Origin: Amoebidium appalachense
Taxonomy: Eukaryota; Protista; Ichthyosporea
DNA: 64,000 bases
Assembly: GCA_963693365.1 (NCBI GenBank)
Contig: CAVNZM010000009.1
Coordinates: 886,963-950,962 of the forward strand
Reading direction: 5' to 3'
Of the stretch, positions 25,800-64,000 are shown in pieces; the stretch's first letter is position 1; each line of letters opens with the position of its first letter. The notes under the pieces are model-generated. The model had not been told where the DNA came from. It made no database searches and saw only the letters and a list, made by a program, of their open reading frames with translations. The translations under genes and the position numbers were made by a program.

Positions 25800-26528
25800 G
25801 TGCGTGTCTGTGTGTGTTACCTGGGGATGGGGAGAGTTGGGGTGGGGGGAAGGGGGGACTGCCTTGGTTCAAGAGTGTCGCTGAGCAGAGAGGTCGAAAC
25901 AGTGGATGTGTTTGAGAAGAAGAGATTGAACAGGGGATGCATGTGGCTCGGATGGGCTAAGATGGTGTCATGCTGGAAACATGTCCATAAAAGGGCGGCG
26001 GCAGGGGAGGGGGGTGGGGGGGGAGGGTAACTATTCAGTTATTACTGAATATTGATGCAGCATCCGTGCCCAGGTAATTTCGTTGTCAAGAGTTGCGCTT
26101 TTAGGTTTTCAGGCTACCTGGGGCCAACGTGAACTGGATCATGGATCTACAACCTCTCTCTCATGCGTTGTGTGGTTCTTTATCTTTTTTTTGGGGGGGG
26201 GGGGGTGTGGGGGGGGAGGCCGGGGGAGGCGGAGGTCGGGGGGGAGGGGGGAGGCCGGGGGAGGCGGAGGTCGGGGGAGGGGGAGGGGAGAGGAGGTTGG
26301 AAGTAGGGGATCCTAATGCTACCCACTTGCTTACTCGTCTATGCTCATGGTGGTTTATTTACTTAACAGGTGATTGGCAAATTCAGTCTTCGCCTGGTGC
26401 CCGACCAGACCCCCGAAGCCGTGTGCCAGCTCGTGACGTCACACCTTGAGTCCGAGTTTAAGAAACTCAACTCACAGAACAATATGTCCGTCACGATGCT
26501 CTCCGGCGGTGGCTATCCTTGGTTCGTT

Positions 26529-26575
<47 letters not shown>

Positions 26576-26974
26576 GGGAGAAAAGAAAAAAAAAAAAAGA
26601 AACCACCACCACCACCACCACCACCACAGGGTGAGGATGGGTGTGCTTACTTATAATGCATACATACACTTGTTGTGCTCTTTCTGACATGATCTACACG
26701 GTGCTGTCCGTCGTGGATGTTTACTTCGTAACCTGTAGCACATTTCAACAACAACAACCACCCCTTCCCACCCGCCTTTTTTACCTCTTTGGAAGGTGAA
26801 ATGGGTCGGAACTCGGGTAGTGTGGATGCCTTGGTTTCCTCCAGAGAATTGGCGTGCTGCTATAGGTTGCATACTCTCTGTTTATGTCCAATCTTATAGT
26901 CCGGCATTGCCACGGATTTTGCACTTCCGGCTGTGAACTCTTAGGCCCCCCTCCTCTCCCTCCTTCAACCAGTA

Positions 26975-27005
<31 letters not shown>

Positions 27006-27420
27006 TCACGACCACCACCACCAACACGACCCGATTTCCTCCCTGTTCTCCTCCTTTACCCCATCTCTTATTGGAGCAAAGCAGGTCACATGAATTCTTG
27101 ATCTCCGCCTCACCTAGTTTCCATATTTGTACAATGGTCCTTGATTTTGATTGGCCCTGACTGACCAATCACGGCACAGGGTGAGTGACTTCAACCACCC
27201 CAACTACCTGGCTGGACGCAAGGCCGTGCAGACAGGTAGGCCCTGGTTTGATTGGTCAATGGCATGGTAGTTACCATATATGGTTAGGTTGAATTAGCTC
27301 TGTGCAAATACACACTGTTGGCCAGCCCTGTGTCCGAAAATGTATCTTGGCGATGTCTGTGCAGACAGTTTGTGCTCGGATGCTGGGTCACCTTTTTTTA
27401 TTTTTTTTTTTTTTTTTTTG

Positions 27421-27516
<96 letters not shown>

Positions 27517-27656
27517 GGGGGGGGGGGGGGGGGGGGGATTGTGGATGATGAAAAACGGTGCTACGGTTCTTGCGAGTGAAGAGGGCATCTAGGAGTGGGG
27601 ATGGGTTTTTTTTTACAATGTTTCCTTTTTTCTTTTTTTTTTTTTTTTTGTTTTTT

Positions 27657-27702
<46 letters not shown>

Positions 27703-28748
27703 CCTCCCCTCACATAAAGTCCATCGGACCACCAGAACACCGGCCACAGAGAACACTGTCATCCCACAACTGCTTCATCTGGCCTTTCCCTTTCACTTAG
27801 CAACTTTGTCTCTCTCTCCCCCCCTCCTCCCCCCCCCCCCCCCCCCCCTCCCTCCCTCCCTCCCCCCCAAAAAAAAAAATCTCACACGCATACACATACA
27901 CGCTCTCCCCTCCCCCCCACCACCACCTCTTATTTACTCAATCCCCTTCCCCTCCCCCTCTCCCCTTCTACTCTTCCTCCCTTTTCTCTCTGCCTTCCCA
28001 TCGCTCCTCCCCCCACTCCTGTCTCTCCCTCTCCCCCTCTGACACACACATTTTCCGTTCCTGCCCTTTCTTTCTTGCTCTCTCTTTCCCCCATTTCCCT
28101 CTGCCCTTTGTCACCCCCCCCCCCCCCCCCCCCAACTCCTCAGTTATGTCCCCCTCGCTCCTCCCCCTCCCCCCACCCCGACTAGCACCCCCCCCAGCAC
28201 ACCAGATATGTACTTGCGTACTCATTCTCTTGCCTCAAACCTCCCCCCTCCTCCACCCCCCCCCCCCCCCCGACCCTTCCCCCCCCCCCCCCCCCCCCCC
28301 CACAATGCAGTGCACGGTGTTGAGCCCGATCTGACACGTGAGGGGGGGTCCATCCCCATCACTTTGACGTTTGAGAAGGCCACCGGCAAGAGTGTCATGC
28401 TGCTGCCTGTGGGTGCATGTGATGACGGCGCACACTCCCAAAACGAAAAATTCGACCGGTATAGACCCTCCCCCCCCCCCCCACTTACTTCCTTCAGCCC
28501 CCTTCCACCCTGCCTGGCTACCACCTATTGATATCTTGCAAATGTTTGTGCACAGGTGATAGTGTATGCCGTGTGTATAGGACCCCGCATGTGCAGAAAC
28601 GGCAATGAATTTCGGTGGATGGGAGGCAGCAGGAAGGGCAACGGAGACTGATAACAAGCCATTCGGCTTTTTTTTTTTTTTTTTTTTTTTTTTTTCCATT
28701 AATGACCATTTGGGTTCGGGTAATATGGAGGAAATTCTTTAAATCCAA

Positions 28749-28783
<35 letters not shown>

Positions 28784-28991
28784 GCCTGAATGTGCAACAA
28801 GTGAAAACAAGGGCGGCGGCGCCCCCCGGGGGGAGGGGGGGGGGGGGACAGTTTTGGGAGCTAATTCGGGAGATTTCCAAAGTTTCGTTACCAACATAGT
28901 TGCTCACTGACGTGTTTTTCTGTGCAGGGTTAATTATCTGAACGGCATCAAGGTGCTGGGGGTCTATTTGGAGGAAATTGCCCGCCTGTGA
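19211..28991 (+). CDS. CNDP2: Cytosolic non-specific dipeptidase (M20 family, CNDP2/DUG1), 12 coding exons, about 476 aa; one apparent 1-nt deletion in a G-run of exon 5
   Basis: Exons 19211-19320, 19834-19906, 20832-20935, 21553-21700, 22580-22732, 23400-23523, 24248-24407, 25460-25597, 26370-26521, 27180-27235, 28311-28458, 28928-28991. Motifs [78 protein letters not shown]. Probable 5'UTR intron 19085-19210 ends right before the ATG. Exon total is 1430 nt, or 477 codons after adding one G at 22693-22698. Confidence 0.95.
25010..25400. repeat. Degenerate (CCCA)n/(CA)n array in CNDP2 intron 7
   Basis: Repeated CCCACCCA blocks interleaved with recurring GACACACACATCC units. Confidence 0.85.
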
Positions 28992-30397
28992 TTGGCTACA
29001 GAGCTACGCGGTTGTGTGTTCGACTTTGATTGGTGCGTGCTGACTAACTATATTTTTTTAGATTAGTTATCAGGCCGAAGGACCACCCAGTTTAGTACTG
29101 ATGATCAATGATTGGATATGTTAATGTGAAGTAAAGCTTCGCCGGTGAATGGTGTGTTTTTCTTACCTCCATTGAGCAGACTCTCTTGGTTCCTTTTTTT
29201 TTGTTGTTTTTTCTTTTTCTTCCTGCATCCCCCCCCCCCCCCCCCCCCCCCCTTTTTGTTTTTTCCCCTTTTTTTCCTTTTTTCTTCGGCAACATGCAGC
29301 AAATAAATCATTTCGGTGCACTTGTGTGCATAGGCTGGATGAACTGTGTTGGCAGACAGGTACAAATCCAAAAAGAGCAGGAGATGCCTCTGCCCCCCCC
29401 CCCCCCCCCCCCCCGTCCCCCCTTCCCTCCCCCAGTGTGCGTGTGCGTGTGCAGATGGGTCGCGGTCCGTGTGCGAGTTACGTGTGTGTGTGTGTGTGTG
29501 TGTTTGTGTGTGTCCGTGTGTGTGTGTGTGTGTGCTTGTGTGTGCATATGCATGTGTCTTCTATTTTTTCTTCTTTTCCTTTTCCGTGGGGGCAGGGTGG
29601 GTGGGACGGGACGGGAGGGCGGGCAGTGGCGGAGGGGGGGGGGGGGGTTTCAAAATTAAACTCTTGGAAACATATTCCATCAGTTTGCTCGAGCCTTCCC
29701 CAAATATTAATCGAAGTCTTTATAGTCCCTTTCGTGAGGTTGTCACGGTGGGCCCTAATCACACAGCCAACACAATGCAACTAACTGATTGATACGTTCA
29801 GTAAGGAGGTGACCGACAAAAAAATGCGGCCCAAAATACAAGAGCAGTGGGCATGTATATTTGGCAGCGAAAAAATCAAAAATAGAATACTCAGCGGCAA
29901 TCATCAACTGTGTTGCAACCACAAACAGAGAATGACTTCAATTGCTTTTAATATTAAATATTTAAATGCCCCGGCGGCAAGGGGACACCACAGACCCGTG
30001 CTCGTGGTTTTCGCCCAATCAGCAATTGACGGGCATGCTGACGAGAACACGGTCCTAGCACCATCTGGAGACGTGCCATGCTTTGGCTGGATTGGATCCC
30101 CGGATACTGTGAGTGTGTTTTGAGAACGTGATGTGTGTGTAGTTCGTCGTTCAAGTGGTTGTGCAAAGAGTGTATCCTAATTTCCTTATATATTTTTTCG
30201 CTGCGTGCACAAATTTTCAGAAAAAGACGTCGTCTTTAGGCCACTATTTTTGTTGTTTCTCGTGTGCTGTGATCTTTGATATATCAGAGTTTGAGGTTGC
30301 TTGCGATACCCTGTGCTCTGTGGTTGTGTTGTTTGTGCACTTGTGTTTGCCTTCTCGTCGTACACACACACACACACACACACACATACACACACAT

Positions 30398-30431
<34 letters not shown>

Positions 30432-30437
30432 TTGTGT

Positions 30438-30495
<58 letters not shown>

Positions 30496-30757
30496 GTTGA
30501 GGAGGAGGAGGCCGGGGGGGGGGGGAGGGGCGGGAGGGGGGGGGGGAGGAGGAAGAGAAAACACAATGAATTCTAGAGGGGAAAAAAGTATATCTGGGCC
30601 CCAATCTAAGACAGTCACTGATGCACAATTCACGTTAACTTGCAGGAACGATTTTTTGCTCATTATAATCCAACGAATAATTTGGAGCTGAAAAATAGCA
30701 GGGGCCCGAGATCGTGGCACCGCTCATGCCCCTGCGGCGGCGGCGGCGGGGCGGCGG

Positions 30758-30790
<33 letters not shown>

Positions 30791-31369
30791 AGGGGGGAAT
30801 CTTATCCCGAGTGCAAGATTTTCACACTCTTTAAAACCGAACGGCCAACACCAGTCATCCATACTAACAGCAATGTGTAAGTAACTGCTACCAGACAATT
30901 CAAATGAATTTGTTCCTCGCATTGTTGCGAGAAATCAAAATACAAAACGAAAAAAGAAGAAGAAAAAGAAGAAACGGAGATTATGGAAGTTGACATTTTC
31001 GTACCCACGTTCGCCGTCTGAGCTTCACCAACTTTTCCACAACAATGTTTAACCCAACCGACAACCATCAGTATTGCAGCTTCAGTAGGGATGAATCGGG
31101 GGGGTCGGGGAGGGGGGGGAGAAGGGGTTGGGGTGGAGTGGGGTGGGGGGGTGACGAGAAACGGAGAGAAAAGGGCAGGAAGGAATTTCGAACAAAACTC
31201 TCAAACACACGAAGAAGGCCTTGACTACCCCCCCCCCCCCCCCCCCCCCCCTTGCCCTCCTTTTTCCCGAACCCACACATCGTCAACTCGCGCTGACAGA
31301 GTGAAGATGACAAGCGTCTCAATTTAAAACGACATTTTACTACGAGAATGAACTGAAAAGCAGATTCAC

Positions 31370-32562
31370 ACCGGCACACCAATTGAACCAATCAAATGTG
31401 CATTAATGTAGGCCAATCACAGGCGAGCAATTGCCCAACAGATACATAGACCCCAAGATAGTTGGCCCTGCAAAGAGAGACTAGTTTGCTAAAAGTCAAA
31501 CAAACAAAAACCCCATACTTGGGACAAAAATCCAAAAATTTCTTTTATATGTACCATGAGGTTCACCTGAGGAGATCATATTTTGCGAGATTAATGGAAG
31601 GACGTGACCGTAATGATTGAATATTCTTCCAATTGAAAAAGCTTTACTGATCTTTTTTTATGCTCTCGACTTGCATGACACCCCTTGCAGCTTTTCATCA
31701 ATGAGAATTCAATTTCGGTTCTGCCCCCCCCCCCCCCCCCCAAAAAAAAAAAAAAAAAAAAAAAAACGAAAAAAAAAGGAATAAAAGGAAAGAAACCTGC
31801 ACTGTATGCCCCTGGTCCCAACACACACACACATGATTTTTGTCTGTGCTAAACAGCTCCCATGCGTCCAGACACCGAAACATCAAAAGTTGATGACCGG
31901 GAGGGTGGATGAAGGAGCCGCGGAAGGCTTTTTTTTATTATTATTTTTTTTGGGGGGGGGGGGGGGGGGGGGGGAGGGGGTCCATGCAGGTCGAACTTTT
32001 CATTTTGCGAGTGTGCGCCGTCATCACATGCACCCACAGGCAGCAGCATGACACTCTTGCCGGTGGCTTTTTCAAACGTCAAAGTGATGGGGATGGACCC
32101 CTCCTCACGTGTCAAGTCGGGCTCCACTCCGTGCACTGCGTGGCAAGAGGGGGGGGGGGGGGGGTGAGGGGGGTGCGGAGAGGGGGTTAGAAAAGGGGCT
32201 GGAGTGGGGCCTAGAGGCTGTGGCTGGAATACAGTTCATAGGGTCTCCCTCCCCCCCCCCCCCCCCTCCCCGCTCCACTTGCCACCTACCCACCTCCCAG
32301 ATACCCCCCCGGTATGCCAGCAATGTAGCACTCTGCACATCAAACCACAAAGTCCCGCCCGCTTGCCCCCCCCCCTCCCCCCCTCCCCCCACACGCACAC
32401 ACCTCACCCACCCGAGCCCACCCCCATCCCCAGCCGAGCCCCGCACTTAGACAGGCACATAACACTTCAAGCAAACACACCATACGCCACCCCCCACCCC
32501 CCCACCCCTCCACCCTTCCCCTCCAACGTGACACGCACACACACACACACACAGACACCCAC

Positions 32563-32605
<43 letters not shown>

Positions 32606-32930
32606 AAGTTCTCCAAATTGTTCCGAGCACAGACAGTCTGCGAAGACATGCACCGAAATGTTTTTCAAAACACGGCACTGGGCAGCAGCACGTACGTATG
32701 GGTAAAATGGCAGTTCATTTTAACCATATATGGTAACCACCATGCCATGGACCAATCAAATCGAGGCCTATTTGTGCACGCCCAGCCAGATAGTTGGGAT
32801 GGTTGAAGTCACTCACCCTGTGCCCTGATTGGTCAGTCAGGGCCAATCAAAAACAAGGACCATTGTCCAAGTGACCGGGTACCATGGCCACAAATACGTT
32901 TTTAGCTTTTGACAAGGAGATCAGGATTGG
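31370..32930 (-). pseudogene. CNDP2: Inverted, decayed genomic duplicate of CNDP2 exons 10-12 with introns and start of the 3'UTR
   Basis: Exon-10 copy ~32817-32772 has an internal deletion and has lost its donor. Exon-11 copy 32135-31988 has 11 differences in 148 nt, REGGSIP>REEGSIP, and donor GT>GC. Exon-12 copy 31467-31417 has an 18-nt deletion and ends GCTCGCCTGTGATTGG. Unique intron segments also align. No copies of exons 1-9 were found in the window. Confidence 0.9.
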
Positions 32931-33305
32931 GGAGGCCGGAGTTTGTGGTGTGTGTGTGTGTGTGTGTGTGCGAGATCCATGTTTTGACTCGGTAAACACT
33001 CCGTAAACAAACACTGACCATGGTGGGCGGACCGCGGGCAACCTGTCCGGTTACGAGTGCAGCATATGGTAAATCGTAACATAACAACACACATTGTTTT
33101 TTGCAATTGTTTTACCATCGCACCGATTAAATCCGATCCAACCACTTGCATGGGTCATGCAGTGCTCAAATTATCTTTGGATTGTAGGTATTTAGCGACG
33201 CGCAGGCATAATAAAAAGTATGTAAACCCTAAAACATTTTCTTGGTGCTGATATATGTGTGGGGGTTTAAGCTATATGGGGGTTTACGCTAATGATTCGA
33301 CTGAT

Positions 33306-33342
<37 letters not shown>

Positions 33343-34497
33343 AACAACAACAACCCCCAAAAAAAACAAAAAAAAAAAAAAGGTTGCCCGCCGCCGTGTT
33401 TGTACATGTCATCATATTACAACAGTTTAGCTTTGTTTACACAAATGAAGTGGTAAGCGAGTGATATCATTCTTTGAAAAAACCCCTCGCTTGCTGACTC
33501 ATGATCAGTGACTTCGATACTCCCCCCCTCCTCCCCCCCTCCCCCCCCCCCCCCCCCCCCCCCCCTCCTCCTCCTCCTCCTCCGTTCCCACACATGTACA
33601 CACACTCTCGCTCTCTCTCTGGCTAGACTGGCAGACCGTACATGTGGCTACATACTATCGCTAGCCGGATGCAGTATATGCATAATACATGCATTAGGCT
33701 ATGACATGCATCCTAATATAATTAACATCATTAGTGCAGCTTGTCAAACATTGCACAAGACGGGTTTGAGTTTATTCAAAGCCTTGCAATTGCCAATATA
33801 TTACTACCCGTTGCAAATGATCGAAGACGTGAACGCTTTAGCGCTTCAACGGTTTGGTACAGTGGCCCAACACTCATTCACCTTGCGCTAGTACTGTACT
33901 CATGCACGGGTGACCGCCTGGGTGTGTGGGGGCTCGGGGGGGGGAAGGGGGGGGGAGGAGGGGGGGGGGGGGGGGGGTGGAGAGGGGCCCTGAAGGGACA
34001 ACACGAGCACTATGGACGGGTGTATCATTTGACAGCTGCATGCGCAGTCATGATCACTGTGTACATGGGTTTGAGATCTGGAAAGGGTGCACGTGCTGCG
34101 ACACACGTGCATGTCTCTTCCACCAGCAGAAGTGCTGATTGTGTGCGTGTGGCTGTCTGCATGACCGTCGCCTACAAATGTGTACTACATGATCGATAGC
34201 TTATATGAGATAGGGCCAGGACGAAGGATAACGGAAAGAAGGTACTTGGGCTGTGAGCGCCGGCTGCAGACAATCCAGGCATATCGAATTCTTTTATTAC
34301 ACCAGTGGCACTGTGTTGTAACAGTTGTCTTCCATATAAGTAAGCTATTATGTACAGGCTATTAGGCGTCAAACACATCACGTGTAGCTTCATCTACGAA
34401 TTCTTTTTGCCGTCCTTCTCGAAGTCTTGTTTCTAAAATCACGGTCTTTTTACGGGCACATCCTTACATACTCATACATACATACACACACAAACAA

Positions 34498-34584
<87 letters not shown>

Positions 34585-34909
34585 CCCCCCCACACACACA
34601 CATGTTACAGACACACTATTAATTGCTTCGGCTATACATACCCCTTGAAGGTTGAAATTCAACGTGGAGTATCGCGTTTTTGGAAAGCGAAAGAATAAGA
34701 GGCATTGATAAAGGAGTCACTGGCCTTCGAACTAGCTTATATAGCAATACATTGACATATTACCTCGATTGCGCAAACATAATCTTTTTCATGCACTTTT
34801 CATATTTTTCATTCATTTTCCATTCTAAAGCCGAGCTGGTAGAAGGGGCGAGAGGAGAGGGGGGGGGGGGGGGGGGGGGTTGTATAATTATGCCGATCAT
34901 TTTTCTGGG

Positions 34910-63500
<28,591 letters not shown>

Positions 63501-63685
63501 GACTGCGAATAATGAACATGCATGCGTGAAAACTACTAATGCAGCGTGTTGGTCACCAAAATTGGCTATTCAGACAAAGGCACGGAGGAAACAGGAACAA
63601 AATTGTGAGGGTGGGAAGGCGTGCATTCAATGTTGATGGTGCACTTCGACTCAAAGACTACTGCAGTACAAACACGTCATGATCA

Positions 63686-63737
63686 CTTCAAGTTCGAACC
63701 ACAGCAGTTCAAGATGGCCGTGGTTCGAACTTCGAAG
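63686..63737. other. ~20-bp inverted repeat (hairpin) upstream of ERCC6L2; each arm contains GGTTCGAAC
   Basis: CTTCAAGTTCGAACCACAGC ... GCCGTGGTTCGAACTTCGAAG, with a 13-bp perfect core and an ~11-nt loop. Confidence 0.6.
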
Positions 63738-64000
63738 GCCGACGTGTTTGCGACATCATTATGTCAGGGAATTGATGCCCAGATCTAAACGGTTGCGTAA
63801 GCTTTATAACCATATATAGCTATTTAAAGATTTGGCGCGAAACATTACACCAATCGAAACCCTCAAAAAGCCTGAGGAACTGAAGGCACTACACCGTGTA
63901 CAGCACCACACTTCTGGCGGAAGAAGTTGCCCGTGGGCCAGGTGACTGAGGGGCCGTTCGACACCACTATGGCGGATTTGGAGTGTTGGTCAAAAAGTTT

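Noticed and set aside
27540-27600. Box C-like ATGATGA in a CNDP2 intron (possible snoRNA)
   Set aside because: No matching CTGA box D or terminal stem at a suitable distance.
33740-33800. Possible remnant of CNDP2 exon 9 extending the inverted duplicate
   Set aside because: Only short, non-contiguous matches, consistent with chance.
63860-64000. Coding-like sequence at the window edge
   Set aside because: Short open frames exist on both strands with no recognisable motif; the adjacent window is needed.

Overview
Eukaryotic genomic DNA from an intron-rich genome whose introns and spacers are full of poly-C/poly-G, poly-A/T, (CA/GT)n and (GA)n tracts. The organism cannot be identified from this window; a unicellular eukaryote is my guess. 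Nearly all ORF-track entries are low-complexity artefacts. Manual splicing gives, in order: the 3' end of a Cys-rich protein gene (+, ends 1814); a micro-exon, divergent Churchill-like zinc-finger gene (-, 1914-4613, tentative); an intronless 655-aa disordered protein with a C-terminal HR1-like motif (-); a 5-exon Tim17/Tim22/Tim23 (PRAT) family gene (-); a 12-exon CNDP2/DUG1 M20 dipeptidase (+, 19211-28991); an inverted, decayed copy of CNDP2 exons 10-12 lying tail-to-tail with it; and a 35-exon ERCC6L2 SNF2-family gene (-, 34910-63500, about 1172 aa) with Tudor, ATPase and C-terminal conserved motifs. There are also three MITEs and several minisatellites. Most notable: (CA)n-abutting splice acceptors with no polypyrimidine tract, three GC-AG introns in one gene, an apparently intact aromatic-cage Tudor on ERCC6L2, and the inverted CNDP2 duplicate, which shows how simple-repeat blocks are gained. 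Homopolymer lengths are probably unreliable, and two single-base lesions look like assembly errors. All homology calls come from motif recall, not database searches.
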